The notes: generated from the sequence alone by a model not told the origin. DNA of 36,559 nucleotides from Porticoccus sp. (GCA_023263825.1 JALQUJ010000175.1:1-36559); one strand, 5' to 3'; shown: positions 9,822 through 21,380, counted from the first letter of the stretch. Numbers and translations are program-made.

Positions 9822-10612
9822 TGACAACACCTTCGATGCTACTGGATATCCACAATGCCACAGTTTTTCGTGATAACAAAAAAGTCTTTGATGGCTTTTC
9901 TCTCACGGTAGAACCTGGGCAAAGCACAGCAATTATCGGGCCTAATGGTGCAGGTAAAAGTACGCTGTTGAAGTTGTTGTCCCGTGAACTTTACCCTGTA
10001 GTCAAAGACGACTCACACGTCAGAATTTTGGATCAGGATCGTCCCATTTTATGGGAGCTGAGAGAAAAAATTGGTTTGGTATCCCCAGACTTACAGCAGG
10101 GTTTCGTACCTGATGTCAGTGGTTTGGGGGTGGTTGTCTCGGGGCTGCATAATTCCATTGGACTGTTTCATTATCAGGATGTGACTGAAGACCAGCTTTG
10201 TCGAGGTCGGCAGGTATTGGAAGAGCTGGGAATTCAAAACCTAGCTAATCGAATATATAGGAAAATGTCCACAGGCCAACAAAGACGTTGCCTGCTAGGG
10301 CGTGCACTGGTTCATAATCCAGATCACCTAATTTTGGATGAGCCTACCAGCGGCCTCGATTTAAATGCCACTTACCATTATTTAAATACGATTCGGCAAC
10401 TGTTGCAGCAGGGTAAAACCATTCTGCTGGCAACCCACCATATCCATGAAATTCCACCCGAAATTGAACGAGTGGTATTTATTGAGGATGGCAAAGTGCT
10501 GGCTGATGGCCATAAAGAAGACATGCTGACAGATGAATGGATGACCAAACTGTTCAAAATGCCTCTTAAGGTCAGCATTTCAAATGGTTTCTACCAGGTA
10601 TTGCCAGCGTAA
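9821..10612 (+). CDS. Single-domain ABC ATPase (ModF/YlmA-like), no cognate permease nearby
   Basis: Walker A GPNGAGKST, signature variant MSTGQ, Walker B LILDEPT and H-loop ATHH; TAATG overlap with lipA. Confidence 0.85.
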   Translation: MTTPSMLLDIHNATVFRDNKKVFDGFSLTVEPGQSTAIIGPNGAGKSTLLKLLSRELYPVVKDDSHVRILDQDRPILWELREKIGLVSPDLQQGFVPDVSGLGVVVSGLHNSIGLFHYQDVTEDQLCRGRQVLEELGIQNLANRIYRKMSTGQQRRCLLGRALVHNPDHLILDEPTSGLDLNATYHYLNTIRQLLQQGKTILLATHHIHEIPPEIERVVFIEDGKVLADGHKEDMLTDEWMTKLFKMPLKVSISNGFYQVLPA

Positions 10613-10641
10613 GTCTTGCCAGCGTAAGTCTTGCCAGCGTA
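10601..10641 (+). repeat. 15-bp tandem repeat (TTGCCAGCGTAAGTC, about 2.7 copies) containing the ATPase stop codon
   Basis: Exact copies at 10601 and 10616; a third copy of 11 bp at 10631. Confidence 0.95.
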
Positions 10642-10709
10642 GGTTGAGAACACCATAATTCGCACCTTGCTAAATTAAGTAAAAAATAAAAGTCAGGATA
10701 CAGGTAGTT

Positions 10710-11186
10710 ATGAAAGTTGATAAAAATGCTGTGGTTACTTTTCACTATGTAATGACAGATGATGAATCCGGTGAAATCATTGAAAATTCCAACGGAAAAG
10801 AGCCTTCCGCGTTTTTGTACGGACACAAGAATATGATTGAATCCCTAGAGCATTCAATGCTGGGAAAAGAGCCTGGTGAAGCTTATACGGTGACACTACC
10901 ACCAGATATAGCTTACGGTCGTGTTCGCTCGAGCAGTGAATTAAGAGTTTCCAAAAAGAATTTGCAGTTTGAGGGGGAATTAAAGCCGGGAATGATGGTG
11001 CCTATTAAGACCAAAGAAGGACTTCGCCCTGTTACTGTGGTCAAGGTTGGCAAATTTAATGTGGATATCGACTACAACCATCCATTAGCCGGAAAAACAC
11101 TAAAATTTGATGTTGAAATTGTCGATGTGAGAGAAGCGACAACTGATGAATTATCTCAGGGACAACCCATAAGCCAGCCAGATTAA
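10710..11186 (+). CDS. FKBP-type peptidyl-prolyl isomerase, SlyD-like, without the His-rich tail
   Basis: VVTFHY, AYG, insert-in-flap region and DYNHPLAGKTLKFDVEIVDVREAT; ends ...SQGQPISQPD. Confidence 0.9.
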   Translation: MKVDKNAVVTFHYVMTDDESGEIIENSNGKEPSAFLYGHKNMIESLEHSMLGKEPGEAYTVTLPPDIAYGRVRSSSELRVSKKNLQFEGELKPGMMVPIKTKEGLRPVTVVKVGKFNVDIDYNHPLAGKTLKFDVEIVDVREATTDELSQGQPISQPD

Positions 11187-12358
11187 TAAAACTGCAGCAT
11201 CAATCCCAGTGTTAATGTGTCGGTATCCTTACCGGCATAGCCACTGGCATTAGCATCGCCAGAGACAAAATTCAAATTAATGCTCATTTTATTGCCCAGA
11301 ATAATGTAGTTAAGCCCCCATTCGGTGGCGTCACTTTGCGAGGCATCACTGGGCTGGTTTTCCGTATAACGTATATAAGGCTGAAATTTACCCGGTCCAA
11401 CAGGTTTTGGAAAAATATAACCCGCTGTGGCATAAAAAGATTCGCCATCAAACAGGCAAAAGCACTCACTGAGTCCATCGGACGGTGGTGATATCGGTGT
11501 AAAATCTACATCGATCTCTTTGTAGCCAGCTTCAAAGTTGAATACAGCGTTATTTGACAATACCCGTTCTGAAAAAATATCAAAAGCGTAGGCATTAAAA
11601 TCGCCGGATTCAGCTCTGCTTCCAGTGCCATCTGATTGGGATTGAAGAGTTATAGCGGTAGTTAAGATATTGCCTTGGTTTCCGTAATAAGTGGCGCTGG
11701 TGTAATAACCACCCGGATTCGATTCTACATTTAGAAAGTTATAGGCTAGCCGACCGGCAAAGAGTAGGTGGTCAGAGTCATTACCATGGTCATCTTCAAG
11801 CCCCTCAAACACGCCTAACAAATAATGAAATTTATTTTTCATACCCCACAAAACTGCACCTTCACTTCGCCCAAGCTGCCCCGCAGGACCATCATAATCG
11901 GCAGAAAACAGTGGTTGCCTATATTGGTTCCAACTCATACCTGTGTATGGGCCATTCATACCTGGTCTGTCTGATGGAACCAACGTTCGCCCCACCCACA
12001 GATTCACAGCAGGATTAAATTCAAAACGTAGAAGCGCATCAATAGTCATCATTGAATCGCCTTCATACTTTTCAGTATTGATATTGAATTTTAGGTATTT
12101 ATGAACCTGGCCTGAGACGTAAAAACGAAAGCTGGCAATATTGAACTCTGAGCTCTCATCTACATCACTATTTCTAGAGGCGAATTGTAGTTTGGTTCCT
12201 CCACCAACAAACAGCCACACGTCATCACTGTATTTGAGGTTGAGGCCGCTCATCTTGGGTGGAGTATCAAAAAATGCGGCGTAGGTAGAAGGGGTGCTAA
12301 CAATTGTTAGGAAAAGAGTAAGACATATCCTCCAAAAAAAGACCCATAGATTTGACAC
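11183..12358 (-). CDS. Predicted outer-membrane beta-barrel porin (resembles OprO/OprP-like and short-chain amide porins)
   Basis: Signal peptide ending STYA, alternating amphipathic beta strands (e.g. GRLAYNF, FQPYIRY, GLNYII) and an aromatic C-terminus (LQFY). The family assignment is recalled similarity, not a search result. Confidence 0.7.
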   Translation of the reverse strand: MSNLWVFFWRICLTLFLTIVSTPSTYAAFFDTPPKMSGLNLKYSDDVWLFVGGGTKLQFASRNSDVDESSEFNIASFRFYVSGQVHKYLKFNINTEKYEGDSMMTIDALLRFEFNPAVNLWVGRTLVPSDRPGMNGPYTGMSWNQYRQPLFSADYDGPAGQLGRSEGAVLWGMKNKFHYLLGVFEGLEDDHGNDSDHLLFAGRLAYNFLNVESNPGGYYTSATYYGNQGNILTTAITLQSQSDGTGSRAESGDFNAYAFDIFSERVLSNNAVFNFEAGYKEIDVDFTPISPPSDGLSECFCLFDGESFYATAGYIFPKPVGPGKFQPYIRYTENQPSDASQSDATEWGLNYIILGNKMSINLNFVSGDANASGYAGKDTDTLTLGLMLQFY

Positions 12359-12413
12359 GCAGCTTCCCCTTTAGAGTTCTTTTCTGTCGTTTTTGTATAT
12401 TATTTGGTCATTC

Positions 12414-12441
12414 AGTATATCGGCGAATTAGAAAAAGCCAA
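12414..12441 (-). promoter_or_regulatory. Putative sigma70 promoter of the porin gene
   Basis: Minus strand TTGGCT-N16-TATACT, about 55 bp upstream of the GTG at 12358. Confidence 0.45.
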
Positions 12442-12643
12442 ATAAAGGTGATTGGATAAGTAAAAGGGTATGTTGGTAGAGGACTAAATTAACTAACTTT
12501 GTCTAGTTTATCTTTAGTGAACTCCCTAAAATACGCTCCTTTTTTAGTAACTCTAATTTAAAGAAGCTCTGATTGATCTAGATATTTCGCAGAGCTCTTA
12601 TCTAAACCTTGAGCAAAACTCTTAATTTGTAGGTGTTTTTAAC

Positions 12644-15601
12644 TTGGCAGCAATTAAATTTATTCCCGGGCAGCGTTGGATTAGCAGCACCGAATCGGAG
12701 CTTGGCCTGGGCATTGTGATAGAAAATCAAAACCGGCGGGTCTCTTTAAGTTTTCCCGCAGCTGGTGAAACGAGAACCTATGTAATGGATAACGCGCCCC
12801 TCAGCCGGGTGCAGTACCCAGTGGGTGAATCTATTACCAGTGCCGACGGTCAGCAGTTGATAGTCACAGAGCTGAGTGAGAAAAACGGCTGTATCCTGTA
12901 TTTGGGTCAAAATAAAGATGGCGAGCCTACAGAATTAGAAGAGATTGATCTCGATAGTTTTGTTCGGTTCAGCAAACCACAAGACCGTATGTTTGCCGGA
13001 CAGATTGAAAAAAACAGTCGTTTTGAATTACGTGTTGCTACTCTAGAACATCGTCACAGTCAGCAACAATCCGATGCCTATGGATTATTGGGCGGACGGA
13101 TTCAATTACTGCCTCATCAGCTATACATCGCCAGTCAGGTTGGACATCGCTATGCGCCAAGGGTATTGCTGGCCGATGAAGTTGGACTGGGAAAAACTAT
13201 TGAAGCGGGTTTGATTTTGCATCAACAGGTGGTGACAGGACGAAGCAGTCGAGCCTTAATAGTTGTGCCAGACAGTTTGGTACACCAGTGGTTAGTTGAA
13301 ATGCTTCGTCGCTTTAATCTGCATTTCACTATTTTGGATGAAGCCCGTTGTTTGGCATTAGAAGAACCGTTAGGTGATGACGATGCCTTCTTTGATTTGG
13401 AGCAGGCTGAGGTTGAGACACCAGACGAAGCAGATAATCCTTTTGAAACAGCACAATTAGTACTTTGTAGCTTGTCATTTTTAACTGAGCATCCCCAGCG
13501 TCATGCCCAGGCATTGGAAGCGACCTGGGATATAATGGTTATTGATGAAGCTCATCACTTAACCTGGAGCGATGAACAGGTAAGCCCTGAATATGTCTGT
13601 ATTGAAGCGCTGACTAAAAAGATTCCAGGCCTGTTGTTGCTGACAGCAACACCTGAACAGTTAGGTGTGGAGGGCCACTTTGCCCGATTGCGCCTGTTGG
13701 ATCCAGACCGCTATTTTGATATTCAGCAGTTCCGTGAAGAAGAAGCGGGCTATCAGCTCGTCAGTAAATTGGTACAGAAACTGTTGGGCGAAAATATTAC
13801 TACCGAGTTGAACACTGATGCCGAGTTAAAAAATCAGTTAGTTCAGTACTTAGGTGAATCAGCGACACGAGAGTTAATGTCATTTCAGGAGGCGGATGAG
13901 GCTGAACAAGATTCTTGTTTTGAACAAAAGGTTCAAGATGCTATCGATAGTTTGCTCGATCGCCATGGCACTGGCCGTGTATTGTTCCGTAATACCCGAG
14001 AAGCTGTTCAGGGTTTTCCTGAGCGCCAGCTGAATCCACATCCATTACCAGCCCCAGATCAGTATGTTGCCGCCAGCAGCAGTGCAACATTGGATGAACT
14101 GTTATATCCAGAGCTATTGTTAGGGAATGAATTGTGGACAACCACGGACACTAGAGTCCACTGGCTGGATGAATGGCTGGCAGAAAACCGTGACGAAAAA
14201 GCCTTAGTGATTTGTGCGAGAGCTGAAACGGCCCAGGCTTTAGAGGAGTTCCTGCGGTTGAGGAAAGGTGTTCGCTCGGCTGTATTCCATGAAGGTATGG
14301 GGTTGGTTGCACGTGATCGTGCTGCCGCTTATTTCGCCGATGAAGATGAACGGGCACAGGTTTTGGTCTGTTCGGAAATTGGCAGTGAAGGCCGCAACTT
14401 CCAGTTTGCTCGACATCTGGTACTATTCGATTTGCCACTGAACCCAGACTTATTGGAACAGCGAATTGGCCGTTTAGACCGTATTGGCCAGCGCCACGAT
14501 GTACAAATTCATGTGCCGTACTATCAAACTGATGAAAATTTAGCTGTCAGTGCCCAACAATCGCTACTGAACTGGTATCACCAGGGCCTTAATGTCTTTG
14601 AGCGAGCCTGCCCCATTGGTCAGGCGATCTATCAGCAATTTCAGGCGCCTTTGCTGCAATGTTTGAAGCTGGGTGGTGAAGAAGAACTGGCCACACTGAT
14701 TGAGCAAACTAAAACTGAAACCGATGCCACGTTGCAAGAACTACACAATGGCCGCGACCGGTTGTTGGAGCTAAATTCCTGCAATACCCGCCGTGCAGAA
14801 CTTGTCGTTGATGATGTGCTGGCTGCGACTCAGATGAAAGAACTCTCTGACTATATGAGCCGCGTATTTGATCACTATGGTGTGGAGCAGGAGTTCCACA
14901 GTGCGGATAGCATTGTACTGCACCCGGGTGAACATATGATCAGCCATAGTTTTCCTGGGCTTCCCAGTGATGGTCTTACGGGTACCTACCATCGAACCAA
15001 GGCATTAAGTCGCGAGGATATGCAGTTTCTGACTTGGGAACATCCTATGGTCAGTGGTGCTATCGATATGGTATTGGAAGGCGACTTTGGGAACACGGCA
15101 CTCTGTACCGTTAAACTGCCGCCCTTAAAGCCTGGCACCTTGCTGTTGGAAACGATTTATACCCTACATTGTCCGGCACCAAAACAGCTGCAATTACATC
15201 GCTACCTGCATCAACCCATGGTGCGGTTTGTGGTGAATGCTGATGGTAAAGATCTTACTAAGGTCTTAACGTTTGACAAACTAAACAGCTTGGTTAAATC
15301 GGTGAAAATGCGAACGGCTTTAGATTTGGTACGCCATGCCAGATCAGAAATCACCAAGATGATTGAGAAAACAGACAGCAAAGCAGAAGCCCAGCAGGCC
15401 GATATTGTGGCAGCAGCCATAACGCAGATGAACCAAGACCAACAAGTTGAATTACAACGTTTAACCGCTCTGGCAGAAGTGAACCCCAATATTCGTCAGG
15501 ATGAGATAGAACACCTACAATCCAGTACCGAATCATTGGCGCACTATTTGGAAAATGCACAATTGAAGCTGGATTCCCTGCGTGTAGTGATCGCCGTCTA
15601 G
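12644..15601 (+). CDS. rapA: RNA polymerase-associated SNF2-family ATPase RapA (HepA)
   Basis: N-terminal GQRWIS..ESELGLG, LLADEVGLGKTIEAG, DEAH, TATPEQ, SEIGSEGRNFQ and QRIGRLDRIGQ; TTG start with an AGGTG RBS. Confidence 0.97.
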   Translation: MAAIKFIPGQRWISSTESELGLGIVIENQNRRVSLSFPAAGETRTYVMDNAPLSRVQYPVGESITSADGQQLIVTELSEKNGCILYLGQNKDGEPTELEEIDLDSFVRFSKPQDRMFAGQIEKNSRFELRVATLEHRHSQQQSDAYGLLGGRIQLLPHQLYIASQVGHRYAPRVLLADEVGLGKTIEAGLILHQQVVTGRSSRALIVVPDSLVHQWLVEMLRRFNLHFTILDEARCLALEEPLGDDDAFFDLEQAEVETPDEADNPFETAQLVLCSLSFLTEHPQRHAQALEATWDIMVIDEAHHLTWSDEQVSPEYVCIEALTKKIPGLLLLTATPEQLGVEGHFARLRLLDPDRYFDIQQFREEEAGYQLVSKLVQKLLGENITTELNTDAELKNQLVQYLGESATRELMSFQEADEAEQDSCFEQKVQDAIDSLLDRHGTGRVLFRNTREAVQGFPERQLNPHPLPAPDQYVAASSSATLDELLYPELLLGNELWTTTDTRVHWLDEWLAENRDEKALVICARAETAQALEEFLRLRKGVRSAVFHEGMGLVARDRAAAYFADEDERAQVLVCSEIGSEGRNFQFARHLVLFDLPLNPDLLEQRIGRLDRIGQRHDVQIHVPYYQTDENLAVSAQQSLLNWYHQGLNVFERACPIGQAIYQQFQAPLLQCLKLGGEEELATLIEQTKTETDATLQELHNGRDRLLELNSCNTRRAELVVDDVLAATQMKELSDYMSRVFDHYGVEQEFHSADSIVLHPGEHMISHSFPGLPSDGLTGTYHRTKALSREDMQFLTWEHPMVSGAIDMVLEGDFGNTALCTVKLPPLKPGTLLLETIYTLHCPAPKQLQLHRYLHQPMVRFVVNADGKDLTKVLTFDKLNSLVKSVKMRTALDLVRHARSEITKMIEKTDSKAEAQQADIVAAAITQMNQDQQVELQRLTALAEVNPNIRQDEIEHLQSSTESLAHYLENAQLKLDSLRVVIAV

Positions 15602-15665
15602 AAATGATGGTTTGTAGGTCTCGTTCTAAAGAATTAACAGAAAACATATAAAGGCAGAAAGCCCA

Positions 15666-16166
15666 ATGAAAATAAAACATAACGCGGTGGTTCGTTTCCA
15701 CTATCGATTACGCGATGAAGCAACGGGTGACGAACTGGAAAACTCCCATGGCGATGAGCCGAACACTTATATGCATGGCCGCAAGACGATTGTTCCTGGA
15801 TTAGAAACAGCGATGACAGCAAAGGAAGTGGGCGATACATTTAGTGTGACACTCTCACCGGAAGAAGGCTTTGGTGTTCGCCATGAAGGTCAACAGCAGC
15901 GTGTACCCCTGAAACATTTGATGGGACAAGCGCAAAATAACAAAAAAAAGCCCAAAGTAGGGGACATAGTATCGGTCAATACCAACTCGGGTCCTCGCCA
16001 AGCTACGGTAACAAAAGTGGGAAAATTTAATGTAGATCTGGATGCTAACCATCCACTAGCAGGAAAAACATTGACCTTCGATATTGAAGTTGTGGAAGTG
16101 CGTGAGGCGACTCAGGAAGAGCTTGATCATGGGCATTCCCACGGCCCTGGTGGCCACCAACATTAG
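15666..16166 (+). CDS. FKBP-type peptidyl-prolyl isomerase, SlyD-like, with a short His-rich tail
   Basis: VVRFHY, MHG...IVPGLE, DANHPLAGKTLTFDIEV and tail HGHSHGPGGHQH. Confidence 0.92.
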   Translation: MKIKHNAVVRFHYRLRDEATGDELENSHGDEPNTYMHGRKTIVPGLETAMTAKEVGDTFSVTLSPEEGFGVRHEGQQQRVPLKHLMGQAQNNKKKPKVGDIVSVNTNSGPRQATVTKVGKFNVDLDANHPLAGKTLTFDIEVVEVREATQEELDHGHSHGPGGHQH

Positions 16167-16305
16167 AAGTTGTTCATAACTACTGCACTCATTGATACGG
16201 TGTCAAAAATGGCCTCAAAATGCTCATTTACTGTGTGTAAACTCCGCTTTCTCGGCCTTTTTTCCTTGTCTCAACTTCGCTCGTGACGTTATGAAGCAGC
16301 TCCTA
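16164..16305. mobile_element. ~142-bp non-coding MITE-like element with terminal inverted repeats
   Basis: Left end TAGAAGTTG-TTCATAAC; reverse complement of the right end TAGGAGCTGCTTCATAAC. TA at both ends, with nested internal inverted repeats (AAAAATGGCC...GGCCTTTTTT and TTTAC-TGTGT-GTAAA). Confidence 0.72.
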
Positions 16306-16346
16306 GTAATTCAACAAAATGTACTCGGTGTAATCAGGAGAGAGAA

Positions 16347-16913
16347 ATGCCAAAAGCCAGTGAATTAAAGAAAGGGATGGTGGTGGAAATTAACGGCGTG
16401 CCCCATGCGGTTAAGCAGTTAGAGGCAAAAAGCCCGTCATCCCGCGGTGCGGCAACACTCTATAAAGTACGTTTCACCAATTTAAAAACCGGCCAGAAAT
16501 TGGATGAATCCTACAAGGGCGACGATCTGCTCAAGGATGCGGATTGTGTCCGGGTCCAACTACAATATTCTTATCTGGACGGCGACACCTATATCTTTAT
16601 GAGCTCAGAGGATTACAGCCAGTACGGTTTAAATACTGACGAAATTGAAGATCAACTGGGTTATATCACCGATGGTTTGGAGGGCATAGTTGGCTTAGTG
16701 ATGGACGGTGTTTTACTGGGAATTGAGCTGCCTCAATCTGTCGTGATGGAAATCATCGAAACAGCCCCAAGCATCAAAGGTGCAACCGCTACAGGACGAA
16801 CAAAACCTGCGACGTTAAGCACAGGGTTAGAGGTTCAAGTACCAGAATACATTGAGCCCGGTGAAATGATCAAAGTGCATACGGAGACAGGCAAGTTTAT
16901 GTCTAGAGGTTGA
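16347..16913 (+). CDS. yeiP: Elongation factor P-like protein EfpL (YeiP)
   Basis: EF-P fold with the extended loop SPSSRGAAT (Arg at the tip rather than the KPGKG Lys), plus TKPATLSTG and QVPEYI; GGAG RBS. Confidence 0.92.
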   Translation: MPKASELKKGMVVEINGVPHAVKQLEAKSPSSRGAATLYKVRFTNLKTGQKLDESYKGDDLLKDADCVRVQLQYSYLDGDTYIFMSSEDYSQYGLNTDEIEDQLGYITDGLEGIVGLVMDGVLLGIELPQSVVMEIIETAPSIKGATATGRTKPATLSTGLEVQVPEYIEPGEMIKVHTETGKFMSRG

Positions 16914-16961
16914 TGGTTGTTCTTCATCTCTCTTCGCTAGTTTTTAATACGGTTAAACAGT

Positions 16962-17020
16962 AAAGGGGTCAGTGACAAAGAGAAATAATAACTTTTCCTA
17001 AATGTCACCAACCCCTTTTT
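16962..17020 (-). terminator. Long hairpin between the convergent efpL and katG; probable terminator or REP-like element
   Basis: Arms AAAGGGGTCAGTGACA (16962-16977) and TGTCACCAACCCCTTT (17003-17018). The two mismatches become G-U pairs in the minus-strand (katG) RNA. Confidence 0.6.
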
Positions 17021-17045
17021 CGTGTTAATTTTTTTGAATTAATTT

Positions 17046-19304
<2,259 letters not shown>

Positions 19305-19416
19305 CTATCAAGCACACTTTCAAGTAATAAGAGCTTTATCCGAAAGCATTTTTGTGTTTGAAAACACCTGTTCACCCGCTATCTAATTCAGGGTGAAAAG
19401 TCTGTTCAGTGTTTAA

Positions 19417-19482
19417 ATCCTAGGATGGTCTGATGGATAGGGCTAATAAATTGTATGTATCATTTTGATAGCTTGGTGCAAT
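19417..19482 (-). promoter_or_regulatory. OxyR-type binding site abutting the katG promoter
   Basis: Minus strand ATTG-N7-CTAT-N7-ATAC-N7-TTAT (19482-19446), a 13/16 match to ATAG-N7-CTAT-N7-ATAG-N7-CTAT, immediately followed by TAGCCC-N17-TAGGAT. Confidence 0.75.
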
Positions 19483-19575
19483 TCTTGTTAATAGAAGTTG
19501 CTACTAAGAAGGCAAAGGCCAATGATCAGGGCCTTTGGTGAGGGTCTCGAGTTAAGTTTTTTGTAGAAATTTATT

Positions 19576-20784
19576 CTATGTCTTACTTAAACAAGCATTC
19601 AATATCAGATATCCAACTACACCTGAGGCGAGTGATCCGATAATAATGCCAAGCCGTTCATCGAATAAAAGGTTAACGGCTGTTTCTTCAAAAGCCAGAG
19701 AACCAATAAATAAACTCATGGTAAAACCTACACCGCAGAGAGCAGCGGTGCCGTAAAGTGAACTCCAGTTCATGCCTTTAGGTAAGCTAGATAGCTTTAA
19801 CTGAATGGCCAGCCAGCAAAAGCCAAAAATGCCTATTTGTTTGCCTATGAATAGCCCTGCTGCAATGCCTAATGGTACGGGATGAAGAAGCTGTTCTGTA
19901 CCTACTCCAGATAAATTGATACCTGCATTGGCAAATGCAAATACGGGTAAAACGATAAAAGCGACGGCTGAATGTAAATCGTGCTCCAAATCTTTTAGAG
20001 GTGAAAAACCCGGTGTTTTTTTGGATGCTATGGGTATAAACATGGCGACTAGAATACCAGCTAATGTAGCGTGGACACCCGATTTCAACATGGCAACCCA
20101 CATAACTAAACCAACAATAATATAAACGGTTTTGGATTCTACGTTGCGCCGGTTAATAAATGCGAGAAGGGGTATACAGCAGGCAACAACAATCAATGCC
20201 GTCAGAGATATTTTTGAGGTGTAAAAAAATGCAATGACCAATATGGCACCAATATCATCAAAGATGGCTAATGAGGTAAGGAAGACTTTAATACTGGTAG
20301 GTACGCGTTTGCCCAGCAGAGATAAAATACCAAGAGCAAAAGCGATGTCGGTAGCAGCAGGGATTGCCCAGCCTGAAACAGCCGCATCGTCACCCAAATT
20401 AAAATAAATGTAAACGAGTGCGGGAACAAGCATTCCACCTATAGCACCCGCGCCGGGTAAAATAATATTGCGTTTATCTGAGAGTTCACCTTCAACAAGC
20501 TCTCGTTTTAACTCCAGGCCTACCAGAAAAAAGAAGATGGCCATTAATCCATCGTTAATCCATAGCAGTAGGGGCTTGGCTATTTCTAAGGCGCCAATTC
20601 GCACTTCTACTGGTGTATCTAACAGTAAGGCGTAGTAGGGCTCAAAGGGTGAATTTGCAACAATAATGGCAAGCACGGCTGTGGCCATCAGCAATATGCC
20701 ACCTGCAGATTCAAGCTTAAAAAATCCCGTTAAAAAAGGTAGCTGAAAATCATGCTCCGCACTTTGGTTTGCGGATTTATTCAT
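19576..20784 (-). CDS. nhaA: Na+/H+ antiporter NhaA
   Basis: WINDGLMAIFF, GLELKRE, ATDIAFA, AIFDD, KSGVHATLAG and GFTMSLFI. Confidence 0.96.
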   Translation of the reverse strand: MNKSANQSAEHDFQLPFLTGFFKLESAGGILLMATAVLAIIVANSPFEPYYALLLDTPVEVRIGALEIAKPLLLWINDGLMAIFFFLVGLELKRELVEGELSDKRNIILPGAGAIGGMLVPALVYIYFNLGDDAAVSGWAIPAATDIAFALGILSLLGKRVPTSIKVFLTSLAIFDDIGAILVIAFFYTSKISLTALIVVACCIPLLAFINRRNVESKTVYIIVGLVMWVAMLKSGVHATLAGILVAMFIPIASKKTPGFSPLKDLEHDLHSAVAFIVLPVFAFANAGINLSGVGTEQLLHPVPLGIAAGLFIGKQIGIFGFCWLAIQLKLSSLPKGMNWSSLYGTAALCGVGFTMSLFIGSLAFEETAVNLLFDERLGIIIGSLASGVVGYLILNACLSKT

Positions 20785-20850
20785 ATGATGCCCATGTCTA
20801 TAAAAGCTGTTTTTATTTAAAGAAATAAAAAGAATTATAGTCTTGCATGA

Positions 20851-21375
20851 TTATTCTTGGTTAACAAATATTAGTCCATTGGTGTTAAAACCAAGTTCCT
20901 TAGAACGGGAGATAAATCGATCAATCACTGATTGCTTAACAGTGGGGGTTTTGGCAAGTAACCAAAGATAGGAATTGTTATAGCCTGAGACAAAGGCGTA
21001 TTGATAGTTTGCTTTGTCCAACTCAAAAATGATGTATGAGCTGTAAAATGGACCAAAGAACGATACTTTAAGGTGGCCCTGTGTTGCCCCTCCCACAAAA
21101 TAAGCCTTCCCTTCAGCCTTTTTCCATTCATCTTTAGTTTTTGAATATCCTTGGTTAATGACCTGAATTCCTCCGTCATCTCTCATAGAATACTCTGCCG
21201 ATACTTTACTCAAGCCTCGCTCAAAGGAATGATCAAGGCGGGCGATTTCGTACCACTTTCCCAGATAACGGTTTACTTCAAAGTCATCAACGGGATGTAC
21301 GTCTTCAGGCATCCCAAGACAGCCCGTTATCAATATTGAAAAAAATATGGGTAATAAAAAAGAAAAATGCTGCAT
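20851..21375 (-). CDS. blc: Outer-membrane lipocalin lipoprotein Blc
   Basis: Lipobox LITGC, lipocalin motif YLGKWYEIARL, LKVSFFGPFY and YLWLL. Confidence 0.92.
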   Translation of the reverse strand: MQHFSFLLPIFFSILITGCLGMPEDVHPVDDFEVNRYLGKWYEIARLDHSFERGLSKVSAEYSMRDDGGIQVINQGYSKTKDEWKKAEGKAYFVGGATQGHLKVSFFGPFYSSYIIFELDKANYQYAFVSGYNNSYLWLLAKTPTVKQSVIDRFISRSKELGFNTNGLIFVNQE

Positions 21376-21380
21376 TTTAT

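Noticed and set aside
10572-10826. Minus-strand 84-aa ORF with TLARL repeats
   Set aside because: It is only the antisense translation of the 15-bp tandem repeat and overlaps two well-supported plus-strand genes.
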